Source: Clostridiales bacterium
GTDB lineage: Bacteria; Bacillota; Clostridia; Christensenellales; UBA1242
DNA: 64,000 bases
Reading direction: 5' to 3'
NCBI GenBank assembly: GCA_015055665.1
Contig: SVHX01000002.1
Span: forward strand, 14,326 to 78,325
The position numbers and the translations under genes are program-made. Of this stretch, positions 50,865-60,896 are shown piece after piece (position 1 is the stretch's first letter; each line of letters begins with the position of its first letter). A model generated the notes under the pieces. That model was not told the DNA's origin and did not search any database. It saw nothing but the letters and a program-made list of their open reading frames with translations.

Positions 50865-52313
50865 GTGGCTTTTTGTGAATTCTCAAGTGAGGTGGTTGCT
50901 AGTACATCAACGCAGATAGATAATTTCTTTTTATCAGAATTTTTACCACAACTAGATGGTACATACGTTAAGGTGTATCTGTATGGATTGTATAAGTGTT
51001 CGGCAAGCAAGGATAATACGCTAGCGGGTTTTGCAAAATCATTGCAAATGAGCGAAGATGATGTTATAAGTGTATTCTATTACTTGCAAGAATTGGGACT
51101 AGTTAATGTAATTAATATTGAGCCTATCATGATAAGATACTTGCCTCCTAAAAATGCAACAATCAAGATGAAGAAGTATAATGTAGATAAGTATTCGGGA
51201 TTTAATATATCTGCTCAGGAATTAATTGGAAGTAAGATGCTTACTCCTAGGGAACTTGAAGAGTTCTATTATCTAATTGAGAATCTTCATATGGAGAAAG
51301 AGGCTGTGCTCAAAATTATTGAGTATTGTGTTCGCATCAAGGGCAAGAGTGCTTCTGTAAGCTACATAATGGCGGTGGCTAAGAACTGGGCATATGATGG
51401 TGTATTAACTAGCGAAGATGTGGATACAAGACTAGAAGAACAAGAGCGTGTAACAGGAGATATCGTCCTTGTACTTAAGAGTATGGGTATTAAGAGGCAG
51501 GCTAGTGTTGATGAATATCAGATGTATCTAACATGGACTAAGGGCATGGATATACCATTAGAAATAATTGTACATATTGCTAAGAAGTGTAAGTGCAAGA
51601 CTTTCTCTAGGCTTAACGAAATGGTACAGAAATGTTATTCAAGCAGGGTGCTAAGTGTTAAGGAAATTGATGAGTATATTGAATCTTTGGAAGAGATGTA
51701 TTTCCTTGCCAAAGAGGTTGTTAAGAAACTTGGACTCTGGTATGATAATCTCGAAACGGTTGTTGATACATATGTGGTTAATTGGTGCAATATGGGCTTT
51801 GAGAAAGATGCGATTATTAGGCTTGCAGATTACGCCTTTAGGAGTAATATTAGAACACTAGATGGGTTTAATAACAACATTAATTCTATGTATAGGCTGG
51901 GTGTGCTAACAAGTGCAGGTGTTGACGGTTATATAGACGATATTGCCAAGCTTGACGGGGTTATTGTCAAAATGTTGCACGAATTGGGAATTGAAAGAAG
52001 TGTTGTTTCGAGTGATAGAAACATGTATAAGATATGGGTGTATGAGTGGAACTTGAGTCAAGACATTATAGATTATGCGGTGTCGATATCTAGAGGAAAA
52101 TATCTAGCATTGCAGTATCTTAATAGAGTTCTTTCCGAATATCATGTTGGTGGTGTTAAGACCAAGGCTGAGGCGGAGAAATTTAAATTGTCTTTCGTTG
52201 CATCTGATACAAAGAAGTCGGCGTCCACTGCTCCAAAGTCAGCGAAGAAAAGAGAGTACTCCAAGTCAGAGCTTGATAGCCTGTTTGATGATATTACAGA
52301 AATTAAGATTTAG
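50865..52313 (+). CDS. DnaD/DnaB-domain replication protein
   Basis: T.IDNFF...YVKVYLYGL N-terminus; repeated YI..V..NW and YL..VL..Y DnaD-like domains; RBS aggagg. Confidence 0.8.
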   Translation: MAFCEFSSEVVASTSTQIDNFFLSEFLPQLDGTYVKVYLYGLYKCSASKDNTLAGFAKSLQMSEDDVISVFYYLQELGLVNVINIEPIMIRYLPPKNATIKMKKYNVDKYSGFNISAQELIGSKMLTPRELEEFYYLIENLHMEKEAVLKIIEYCVRIKGKSASVSYIMAVAKNWAYDGVLTSEDVDTRLEEQERVTGDIVLVLKSMGIKRQASVDEYQMYLTWTKGMDIPLEIIVHIAKKCKCKTFSRLNEMVQKCYSSRVLSVKEIDEYIESLEEMYFLAKEVVKKLGLWYDNLETVVDTYVVNWCNMGFEKDAIIRLADYAFRSNIRTLDGFNNNINSMYRLGVLTSAGVDGYIDDIAKLDGVIVKMLHELGIERSVVSSDRNMYKIWVYEWNLSQDIIDYAVSISRGKYLALQYLNRVLSEYHVGGVKTKAEAEKFKLSFVASDTKKSASTAPKSAKKREYSKSELDSLFDDITEIKI

Positions 52314-52330
52314 TATTAGTAGGTGATAAT

Positions 52331-53254
52331 ATGAACGCAAAACAAATTGCAGAGAAGACAATCCTAAAGCGAAAGTTGTATGCCGAAGAGGTAGCTGATA
52401 GAAATGTTACAGCGGCTTTGAAGGATGAAGAGGTTAAGTGTTTGTTTGTAAAGTGCAAGAAGCTTGTTGTCGAGATTGCTAAGATTGATGTTGCTGGCGG
52501 AGATAGCAAAGATAAGCGTAAGGAATATAACGAAGCTAGAGAGCTTATGGCAGATGTTCTAAAGTCCATAGGCATAGATAAGGCTACATTAAGACCGCAG
52601 TATACTTGTACAAAGTGCAAGGATATGGGGTATGTTGGTGGTCGTATGTGTGAGTGTCTTAAACGAGAAATTAGTCAGGAGCGAGTTAGACAAAGCGGTA
52701 TTGATATTAGCGGTATGGCTAAGTTTGATGGAGATTATTCGGTGTTCAAGAGTTCGGCTAAGGTTAAGACTCTTTATGATAGCATGAAGAAGTTTGTCGA
52801 AGGGATAGAGAACACTGTTATTGACAATGTTCTTATACTAGGTAATACAGGTGTTGGTAAGACTCATCTTATGGAGTGCATGGCAACTCATGCTATTATG
52901 ATAGGACGTGATATAAAGTACACAACAGCATTTAACTTTAATCAAGATATGCTTAAATTTCATTGTGCTAAGATGGAAGATAAGACTGATATTATGGATG
53001 AGTACCTAAAGTGTGATATCTTATTTATAGATGATCTTGGTACAGAGAATAAGATAAATAATGTTACTGATGAGTACTTATATTCTATAATCAATGAGCG
53101 TATGCAGAATCATAAGAAGATTGTAATTACAACTAATCTTGACTTTGGTCAGATACAAGATGTGTATGGCGAGAGGATTTTCTCAAGGCTAATGCATAAA
53201 AAACACAGTCTTAAGATTAACTTCGAAGGTGAGGATCTTAGACTTAAGAAATAG
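52331..53254 (+). CDS. DnaC/DnaI/IstB-like helicase-loader ATPase
   Basis: CTKCKDMG...CEC zinc site, GNTGVGKTHL, LFIDDLGTE, ITTNL, ERIFSRL. Confidence 0.85.
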   Translation: MNAKQIAEKTILKRKLYAEEVADRNVTAALKDEEVKCLFVKCKKLVVEIAKIDVAGGDSKDKRKEYNEARELMADVLKSIGIDKATLRPQYTCTKCKDMGYVGGRMCECLKREISQERVRQSGIDISGMAKFDGDYSVFKSSAKVKTLYDSMKKFVEGIENTVIDNVLILGNTGVGKTHLMECMATHAIMIGRDIKYTTAFNFNQDMLKFHCAKMEDKTDIMDEYLKCDILFIDDLGTENKINNVTDEYLYSIINERMQNHKKIVITTNLDFGQIQDVYGERIFSRLMHKKHSLKINFEGEDLRLKK

Positions 53255-53283
53255 TGTTGTACTAATTGTGAGTACTAAGCATA

Positions 53284-53322
53284 AAAAATAAGCACGGCAA
53301 TATAATGCTGTGCTTATTTTTT
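53284..53322. terminator. Bidirectional terminator
   Basis: aaaaaataagcacggca / tgctgtgcttatttttt. Confidence 0.75.
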
Positions 53323-54040
53323 AATTATTGGTTTTGTTAAATTCGTATAGTGCTATACCTACTGACATTGAAAGGTTTAGGCTATCTATCTCGTGGGAGT
53401 GCTTGATAAGTAGTGGTGTGCCAATCTTAAGGAATTTGTCGTCCAGTCCATGTGCTTCGTTGCCAAATGCTAGGGTATGAGGAAATTTCTTAAATTCGAG
53501 TTCTTGCAATGTGTGTTCGGCATTGAGCATAAAAGGATACATCTGATTGTGATTAATCTTGATATAATCTTCTACGCTATCGAATAATTCAATATTGATT
53601 GAGAAGATTGATCCCATACTTGCTCTAATTACCTTGGGGTCGAAAACATCTATGCTAGGCTTAATGATGCTAAGATTCTTGTAGCCAAATCCGAGCATTA
53701 CTCTAATAATAGTTCCAAGGTTTCCCATGTCGCTAGGGTTGCAAAGTAATACTTGATTGGCGTTGTGGTCAACTGGATTGTGATACTTTTCAAATACTCC
53801 AATTATATATACGTTGCCTTTGCCACTGAGCTTCTCAACTAGCTTGCTGTCGTGGGTAATCTTAATATTGTGATCTCTTGAAATAGAGAGTATGTTGTCT
53901 ACAATCTCTGTTTGTTTGATTTTATCGTGTAGTAATATTTCACGAACGTTATCTGGTTTGTGAGTAAGCAACTCGTATGTTGGAAAGCCTCCGTATGTGA
54001 AGCTAAATGCACTATCTTTAGAATAGGTTTTGTATCCCAT
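53321..54040 (-). CDS. TrmH/SpoU family RNA methyltransferase
   Basis: GNLGTIIR, RASMG, FGNEAHGL, SLNLSMSVGIALYE. Confidence 0.88.
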   Translation of the reverse strand: MGYKTYSKDSAFSFTYGGFPTYELLTHKPDNVREILLHDKIKQTEIVDNILSISRDHNIKITHDSKLVEKLSGKGNVYIIGVFEKYHNPVDHNANQVLLCNPSDMGNLGTIIRVMLGFGYKNLSIIKPSIDVFDPKVIRASMGSIFSINIELFDSVEDYIKINHNQMYPFMLNAEHTLQELEFKKFPHTLAFGNEAHGLDDKFLKIGTPLLIKHSHEIDSLNLSMSVGIALYEFNKTNN

Positions 54041-54128
54041 TGTTATATTGTCCTTTGGTGTTAATTTGATTATTATTGTCTTTAATTGTGTGATAGTTGT
54101 CATAAACTAGTATGTTTATGTCAAAATG

Positions 54129-55067
54129 TTATTTGTTAAACATATTATTGTCTTCGAGAATAATCTTGATAATTTCCTTCTTGAGAGAGTTGTCCATTGG
54201 AGCACCAGATGCCTTGACGTGGCCACCGCCTCCATAGATTGTTGCGATTTCTCCAACGTTAACATTGTCCTTATTGCATCTAAATGATATGCCTTGTTGC
54301 ATATTGATTAGTACAACGAAGTCAATGCAGTAGGAGTACTTCTCTGCCAAGTAATTGCCGAGTAGGCTTCTATGTTGCTCTGCAAATACAATGCCACAAG
54401 GATGACCGCAAAGGGTTGCGTGGAACATTGTTTTCTCGCTCTCTTCTAGATATCTCTTAATTCGTTTTTGCTCGACTTCGAGAAGATATAATTGACTATC
54501 TGTGAACTTAAATTCTTGATTATTTTTTAAAAAATCGGTAAACGTGAGTATATACTCTTCACGGCCTAGGATGTTAAGAAGGTCGCTAAGTTTGTTGGCG
54601 TCTTGATTATTGGTTTTTGCCCAGTCCCAGGTATCGCTTAATCTAACAAGTTCGGTATAATCTCTAAGAGATGGTTTGTCAAAAATTTCCGGGTATTTGC
54701 TTACTAGGAACTTATAGAATAGAGATGTTGCACACTCGTTGACTCCTTGGTCATTGGTGCTTATCGCTGTCGCGAAAGGGTAGTTGTTGGCAACAAGGTT
54801 AAGTGCGTGATGATCAAATGCAAAAAATTTATCATCATACCCCGTGCTCATTATTAGTTCGCAAGTTTCTTTGTCTAGAGTAAGGTCCGTTATATATATC
54901 TCATCATAATTTTTGTAAGATTTGTTCTGTATGATTTCTTTTACTTTAGGGCAAATATCGTTTGCGTTGAGCAAGCATACATCTAGGTTTGGTCTAATAA
55001 GATTAAGGAAGATAACGGGGGATAGCCCGTCGATATCTGCCTTGTGGGATAAAATTAATGTCTTCAT
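54129..55067 (-). CDS. DHH/DHHA1 phosphoesterase (NrnB-like nanoRNase)
   Basis: H.DIDG, ITDL, FDHH, GGGHVKASG. Confidence 0.85.
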   Translation of the reverse strand: MKTLILSHKADIDGLSPVIFLNLIRPNLDVCLLNANDICPKVKEIIQNKSYKNYDEIYITDLTLDKETCELIMSTGYDDKFFAFDHHALNLVANNYPFATAISTNDQGVNECATSLFYKFLVSKYPEIFDKPSLRDYTELVRLSDTWDWAKTNNQDANKLSDLLNILGREEYILTFTDFLKNNQEFKFTDSQLYLLEVEQKRIKRYLEESEKTMFHATLCGHPCGIVFAEQHRSLLGNYLAEKYSYCIDFVVLINMQQGISFRCNKDNVNVGEIATIYGGGGHVKASGAPMDNSLKKEIIKIILEDNNMFNK

Positions 55068-55076
55068 ATAAGCTCC

Positions 55077-56435
55077 TTATTTGTTGAGTCGTAAGTTTTT
55101 TGGATAATAATTTTTTAACTTGCCTTGTGTTAGTTTGCCTCCACCTAGAGCAATTCCATAAGTAGTTACTACGCACACTCCTGTTGTATCGGAAGTAATT
55201 TCGAGTTCTTCGCCTCTTAGGTAGTGGTCTACTTGTGACAAGTTAAGGTCTATATGGTTATTGAATAGATTGCTATAGGCATGATAGAATTCGTGAGCAA
55301 TTTTCAAATTGCCTCTTTCGATATTGCCCATAAGTACACCAATGCTTACAACGTTAAGGCCTTTTAGATTGAGTGTAATATCTGGCACAACATAATAATT
55401 GTCGTTGCGTTTAAGTATGTCTAGGTGTGAGATGTCTGCAATATCTTTAAATGCTTTACTAATAATCTCCACGTCTTTCTTGTAGATTGGCTCGTATCCT
55501 GGGATGATATTTTTTGCAAAGTATTCTTCTGTATCCGGTTCGATATTGGTAAGCAATGCCATGAATTGTCCTTCGCCATCAAATAGATGCGGATATCTCC
55601 TACGACACAATGTAGTATTTGTGTGCGTGTCGATATCTACGCCCGCTACTGTGACACTATCTAGTCGAGGGCAAGGGGTTAGTTGGTAGTTAGTATGATT
55701 GTCTATAAAAGCTTTGACAACTTCTTCGTTCTCACGAGTGTCATAAGTGCAAGTAGAATATACTAATTTGCCACCGGGTTTGAGAAGGCCTGCGATACTA
55801 TTAAGTATGTTAATTTGTCTACGAGAATTGGTTTCGATTGATGAATTGTTGTATGCGTTAAAGTCGAAGTTGTCTTTGCGGAACATGCCTTCTCCGCCAC
55901 AAGGAGCATCAACAAGTATGCGGTCAAATTTCATATTAAGTAGGCTGAAGTCCTGAGGGTTATTGCAAGTAATGGCAAAGTTCTTAAATCCCATTTTTGT
56001 AAGGTTTTCATATAAGATCTTGGCTCTATTGTACACAATCTCGTTGGAAATTAGGAATCCTGTTCCGTTGAGTTTCTCTAGTATCTGAATAGACTTTCCG
56101 CCTGGGGCGGAGCATAAATCTAGCACAATATCCCCTGGTTGAATATCCAACATTTCTACAGGATACATGGCACTAGGCTCTTGCGAATATATAATTCCTA
56201 GATGGCTTAGTATGTGGTTACCAATCTTGAGATCTTTTGTGTAATACCCGTTAGATACTTGGGGGATAGGTGTAGTGGAAAAATCGGCAAGAGTAACAAA
56301 GTCTTGACCGTTGAGTCTGCCGGTATTAACTGTAATGCCTTTCTGCGAAGGTGACTCGAGGGCATTAAAAAACTTAGGCGATTCGTCGCCTAATAAATTC
56401 TGCATTTTGGTAATAAAATCTTGGTTAAATTGCAT
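55077..56435 (-). CDS. RsmF/NOL1-NOP2-Sun rRNA cytosine-C5 methyltransferase
   Basis: QEPSAM, LDLCSAPGGKS, DAPCGGEGMFRK, YSTCT, LKNYYPK. Confidence 0.9.
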   Translation of the reverse strand: MQFNQDFITKMQNLLGDESPKFFNALESPSQKGITVNTGRLNGQDFVTLADFSTTPIPQVSNGYYTKDLKIGNHILSHLGIIYSQEPSAMYPVEMLDIQPGDIVLDLCSAPGGKSIQILEKLNGTGFLISNEIVYNRAKILYENLTKMGFKNFAITCNNPQDFSLLNMKFDRILVDAPCGGEGMFRKDNFDFNAYNNSSIETNSRRQINILNSIAGLLKPGGKLVYSTCTYDTRENEEVVKAFIDNHTNYQLTPCPRLDSVTVAGVDIDTHTNTTLCRRRYPHLFDGEGQFMALLTNIEPDTEEYFAKNIIPGYEPIYKKDVEIISKAFKDIADISHLDILKRNDNYYVVPDITLNLKGLNVVSIGVLMGNIERGNLKIAHEFYHAYSNLFNNHIDLNLSQVDHYLRGEELEITSDTTGVCVVTTYGIALGGGKLTQGKLKNYYPKNLRLNK

Positions 56436-56443
56436 ATTGATCC

Positions 56444-56863
56444 TTAGTTTTTCTCGTCTTCTCTTTTGTATGGGTAAGGAAGTAGATCTTTGGCCTTTAC
56501 TTTTAGAACTATATCTTTGTCTACATCTTCAACTATTACGTTGGCATCTAGTTCCAATTTGTCAAATAAATATCTACATACTCCACAAGGAGAAACAACT
56601 CTTGTTGTTCCGTCTTCGTTCATTTTAACTGCAACAAGTGTATCAAAGGCTCTCTCTCCACAAGAAAATGCGTTAGCGATAGCAACTTGTTCGCTACATA
56701 TAGAGTGAGATGTTTGGATATTAATACCCTTGTAAATATTTCCTGATGCTGCCCTTAGTGCACATCCAACTAAGCATGTTTCGTCTGTTCGCAGGTCGGT
56801 ATTACTTAATACAATCTGTGTTGCAATTTCGATTAGTTCTTCGTCTGCTTTTGTGATCTTCAT
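56444..56863 (-). CDS. Cytidine deaminase family, blasticidin-S-deaminase-like
   Basis: C(S)E and VVSPCGVCR zinc motifs; FDTLVAV. Confidence 0.8.
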   Translation of the reverse strand: MKITKADEELIEIATQIVLSNTDLRTDETCLVGCALRAASGNIYKGINIQTSHSICSEQVAIANAFSCGERAFDTLVAVKMNEDGTTRVVSPCGVCRYLFDKLELDANVIVEDVDKDIVLKVKAKDLLPYPYKREDEKN

Positions 56864-57693
56864 ATATTCGCTCCGTTTTTACTTTTTTCGCTACCCATAG
56901 AGCCATTTTTTTCTATGCGTGCTTGGTATTTGGCAATCGCCATGTTAAGGCAATTATCGCTATCTATATTGAGTTCTTCGGCAAGGGATAATAGCGAATA
57001 AAGCACATCTCCATATTCCATGAGAAATTCTTCGGTAAGTGTAAATTGTTCTGTGCCGTATCTAGAGTGTTTGAGGTATTCTTTGCCAAGTTCGCCCATC
57101 TCGCTATTAATATCGAGTATTCTTGCATAAACTGGCATTGGCTTTGTATGGCAAGGTTTGTTATTATTGAAATTGCGTACCTTGGTCTGCAATGGGTTCT
57201 TTTCCGCAAGAAATTTGATGAGTCTGAGGAAACACTCCAATTGATTCTTGCTAAGCTGGTTAGAGCTTGCAAGTTCGGGTAGTTCTTTAAGAGAGAACCA
57301 TCTAACCTCTGATAATTCTTCCTCTTGAATAATAAATTCGTTAATATCTTTGTTGATAACGGTGTAGTACATTACAAAGCAATCTGTTCCGTCACAACCA
57401 CGCTCGACTTCGGTAAGCTGGTCCGCTGTAACGCTCACTCCAAGCTCTTCTTTGATCTCTGTTATCATGCCTTCGATACAAGTTTCGCCGGACTTGGGAT
57501 GTCCGCCAGTAACGCCCCAGTTACCGCCTTTGTTAAGCGATCTTTTCTGCAAGAGGAATTCTCCTTTGTTGTTGCTTATACAAGCGAAAACGACCATTGG
57601 ATAGTATCCGTCGGGGATTGAATCGCCTTTGCGATAAGTCTTGCCTGTATTGTTAAGATTGTAATCGTATAAATCTCTAAGTTCGCGATCCAT
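56860..57693 (-). CDS. NUDIX hydrolase fused to a MazG-like NTP pyrophosphatase domain
   Basis: GG.PKSGE....GMITEIKEELG nudix box; then SEMGELGKE...EYGDVLYSLLSLA. Confidence 0.8.
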   Translation of the reverse strand: MDRELRDLYDYNLNNTGKTYRKGDSIPDGYYPMVVFACISNNKGEFLLQKRSLNKGGNWGVTGGHPKSGETCIEGMITEIKEELGVSVTADQLTEVERGCDGTDCFVMYYTVINKDINEFIIQEEELSEVRWFSLKELPELASSNQLSKNQLECFLRLIKFLAEKNPLQTKVRNFNNNKPCHTKPMPVYARILDINSEMGELGKEYLKHSRYGTEQFTLTEEFLMEYGDVLYSLLSLAEELNIDSDNCLNMAIAKYQARIEKNGSMGSEKSKNGANI

Positions 57694-57824
57694 ATTTACT
57701 CCTTAATTATTGCCTAAATGCAACTTCGTATTATACAAGTTTAACATTTTTTGTGTGTTATGGCAAGCAAATGTAGCATAGGGGTGGTCTAACGAAAGAA
57801 AAAGCAACCGGTATGGTTGCAAGT

Positions 57825-58011
57825 TGGAGCTGATGGAGGGACTTGTCAATGTGACGAAGTCATATTTCTCGGGTGTCAATGAAATTGACGGGGTCCCGAG
57901 TGCCTAAGGGTGAAAGTCCAATGAGATAAACAAAATCCTTAGACTGTGTGCTACTATGTGTAAGGATTAAAAAATGGAGCTGATGGAGGGACTCGAACCC
58001 TCGGTCTTTCG
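57825..58011 (-). repeat. Two extra copies of the tRNA-Thr 3' end (att-like)
   Basis: 37 bp identity at 57975-58011 and 19 bp identity at 57825-57843 to 58073 onward. Confidence 0.9.
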
Positions 58012-58072
58012 CAATGATGATTTCGAAAGATAATGAAAAGTTTATTTCGGGATGAAGAGTAACTCAAAAAAA

Positions 58073-58148
58073 TGGAGCTGATGGAGGGACTCGAACCCTC
58101 GGTCTTTCGATTACGAATCGAGTGCTTTACCAACTAAGCTACATCAGC
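58073..58148 (-). tRNA. tRNA-Thr(CGU)
   Basis: GCTGATGTAGCTTAGTTGGTAAAGCACTCGATT-CGT-AATCGAAAGACCGAGGGTTCGAGTCCCTCCATCAGCTCCA; 76 nt cloverleaf with CCA. Confidence 0.95.
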
Positions 58149-58381
58149 ATTTAATTATCTTTTTTTAGACTGTTTATATTCTATCAGTTAAGTAATGATG
58201 TGTCAATAAAATAATTGTAATTTGTGTTTGTGTATCGAATTTGTTTGACTAATAAATGTACATTTATTAAAATAGAACTATAATGCAGAAAATGTAGAAT
58301 TGTGTCTAGACATAATTTGTCGATTATTTAGATCCTTTTAGACACAAACTATATAAGAATCAAAGTGTTATGTAGGTGAAT

Positions 58382-60814
58382 ATGAAAAAGTTTTGGAAAA
58401 ATATTTGTGCGTGTTCGATGGCGCTGGCTTGTAGTGCTGGTCTTGTTGCGTGTGGTGATGACAAGGCAAGTGCTCCTAAAGATTTAGATGGGGATGGTAT
58501 GATATCCTCTTGGGAAACTTTCTTTGATACAAGTAACGCTGGATCTGTGGGTGGCGGTACAATAATTGCTGCTCCAGAGAACATTGTTTTCATTAGTAAT
58601 GCAGAGCAATTACTTGCAATTAACAACACAACTGATCCTAAGACTTATGTGCTTTCTAGCAATATTGATCTAGGCGGGGCGGAAGTTTGTATTAATCTTA
58701 ATGGCTCTTCGTTGTATGGTAGAGGTTATGAGATTAGAAACTTTAAACTAGGCAAAGTTGCTGATGAATTAACATCTAATCTCTATAGTGACGATAACTA
58801 TTCTTCCAAGAACATTAGATGTTTGTTCTATGGTGGTGTAGAGGTATACGGAGTTAATTTATTTGCAGGAGTGCAGAATCTCGATATTAATACAAGTGAC
58901 AACCGCAGTTATAATAGTCTAAGTATGTTCTTTAATACTGTAAGGATCGAAGGTGTTAATGTCAAAGGATTGTGGTCAATTAATCCGCAGAAGAACGATG
59001 GAAGATCTCTAGGTCAAGTAGATGCTGGACTAATATATTCTGGTATGTCCACAGAGAAGATGATTGGCGAGCAAGAATCGGTAGTAGTTGATAATGTTGT
59101 AACTATTGCTAATTGTTCGGTAGATGGAGCAATTGTAATTAGTGACAAATATGGTACTCATATGGGTGCTAATATTGGATACATTGCTAGCAAAATTCTT
59201 AAAGACTCGACCATATATCAATGTAGTGTTAAGGGTAATATTAAGGGTGTAAATTCTTATAACTACACCAATATTGGTGGTGTTGTGGGATATAATAGAG
59301 GATTTGTATCAAGTGTTAACTTTGCGGGAGATATTAATCTTACAACCACTTGTGATACTGGTGTTACACAGACATCTGCTAGAGAGTGTGTTGGTGGTAT
59401 TGTTGGTAACAATGATGTGCTTGGCGAGATTAAGAATTGTGTTAGTAGCGGAACTATCTCTATTAAGAATACTGAAATCGAGGAAGAAATTGCTAAGTCG
59501 AGTTCAATGTTCCTTATTGGCGGTATTGCAGGATTCAATAATGGTGGAGTATTTGAGATGTGTACCACTGATGCCAATATAGTATGCGATAATATGAGGG
59601 CTACCATGTATATTGGGGGCTTCTGTGGCAAGAGCGATAGAGGTCTTATGAGTTATGGTATTTGTAGAGGAAATATCACGCTTAATAACACTTTAGATGT
59701 AAGTGTAGCACAGATATCTGGTCATGTATTTAATGGATATATTGAGAAGGTTGTTGCAACTACCGGCATAACAATTAATAATACTAACGAAGAATTGACT
59801 ACAGCCAAAATTGATGTAGGTATGGCAATTGTATTTGATGAAGTACTAGATGCTCCGCTTATGTCAAGAGTGCTAATAGATGGAATAACAACTGTGACTT
59901 GTCCTTCACACAGTGGTAGCGCTATTAATTATTTGCATGGTCTAAGGCATGATTTCCTAGTGCATGTAGGCCAAGATGAAGAAACTGGAGAAGATAAATT
60001 CGAGCAAATAGTTCCAGCAATATTTGATAATATTTACAAGTCAGATGGTTATAGGTTTAATAAGAGAAATGTTCAAAGTGGGTCTGTTGAGAGGGAGTCT
60101 GTAACGGTTAAATTCGTTGATGCTATTGGTGATAGTGTTAATGACAATAGATTTTTAATTGATAAGCTTGACTTTAAGAACTATCTTAACCATAACGAAG
60201 TTAGTATGGGAACAATTCTTTCATACAATGCTTTGGCGTTTACAATTGATAGTAAGGTAGCGAGTCAATCGTTCTTTGGTAATAGCAAATACAATGGAGA
60301 ATTGGCGTACTTTGATCACGAATTCAATGATTATTACAAACATATCCAGTCGTCATTGGGTTATTGCGAGCATGATAGGCAAGACGAACTATTGAGCTTT
60401 GTTTATGAATTAATTACTAGTAACAAAGGCAAAAATACAAGCAATTATGCAATTAAATTTGATGATAGCTTCATTAATTATGTATATGATCCAGAGGCTG
60501 AGGATATTATCGAAGGGTTGCCTACTAGGGCGTATTTGTTTAGAGAAAGATTAACTAATGTATTTACTTGTCTTAACATCAAGCCAAGTCCAAATCTTAA
60601 GATGTTAGATAAGATGGGCTTTGATGTAGAGAATAACGAAGATGGTAATGTAGAAGTTAAGTTCTTGCAGTATACCTTTGCGGATAACAACAATGAATAC
60701 GTGATGACTGTAGATATATCCAATCTAATGGCAGATGGCGAAGATGTTTCGCAGTTGTTTGTTGACGAATATATTGTGTATTTGTCATTTAAGATTACAT
60801 CTAAGATTGCGTAG
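58382..60814 (+). CDS. Large GLUG-repeat lipoprotein with an N-terminal EF-hand-like motif
   Basis: Lipobox LVAC; DLDGDGMISSWE; repeated (I/V)GG(V/I)(V/A)G.N.G. Confidence 0.8.
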   Translation: MKKFWKNICACSMALACSAGLVACGDDKASAPKDLDGDGMISSWETFFDTSNAGSVGGGTIIAAPENIVFISNAEQLLAINNTTDPKTYVLSSNIDLGGAEVCINLNGSSLYGRGYEIRNFKLGKVADELTSNLYSDDNYSSKNIRCLFYGGVEVYGVNLFAGVQNLDINTSDNRSYNSLSMFFNTVRIEGVNVKGLWSINPQKNDGRSLGQVDAGLIYSGMSTEKMIGEQESVVVDNVVTIANCSVDGAIVISDKYGTHMGANIGYIASKILKDSTIYQCSVKGNIKGVNSYNYTNIGGVVGYNRGFVSSVNFAGDINLTTTCDTGVTQTSARECVGGIVGNNDVLGEIKNCVSSGTISIKNTEIEEEIAKSSSMFLIGGIAGFNNGGVFEMCTTDANIVCDNMRATMYIGGFCGKSDRGLMSYGICRGNITLNNTLDVSVAQISGHVFNGYIEKVVATTGITINNTNEELTTAKIDVGMAIVFDEVLDAPLMSRVLIDGITTVTCPSHSGSAINYLHGLRHDFLVHVGQDEETGEDKFEQIVPAIFDNIYKSDGYRFNKRNVQSGSVERESVTVKFVDAIGDSVNDNRFLIDKLDFKNYLNHNEVSMGTILSYNALAFTIDSKVASQSFFGNSKYNGELAYFDHEFNDYYKHIQSSLGYCEHDRQDELLSFVYELITSNKGKNTSNYAIKFDDSFINYVYDPEAEDIIEGLPTRAYLFRERLTNVFTCLNIKPSPNLKMLDKMGFDVENNEDGNVEVKFLQYTFADNNNEYVMTVDISNLMADGEDVSQLFVDEYIVYLSFKITSKIA

Positions 60815-60896
60815 ATGAAATTCGAAGTTAATCTTCTGGAGGCACTAGGATAATATCTTGGTGCCTTTTTAGAAAAACTTACAAGGGGCATATAAT

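Noticed and set aside
52331-53254. IstB-like ATPase as part of an IS21 element or prophage
   Set aside because: No IstA, terminal repeats or phage genes. Pairing with a DnaD-domain gene is the usual clostridial chromosomal arrangement.
57825-58148. Three tRNA genes or a CRISPR-like repeat
   Set aside because: Only 58073-58148 forms a full cloverleaf. The other two are 3' fragments of unequal length.
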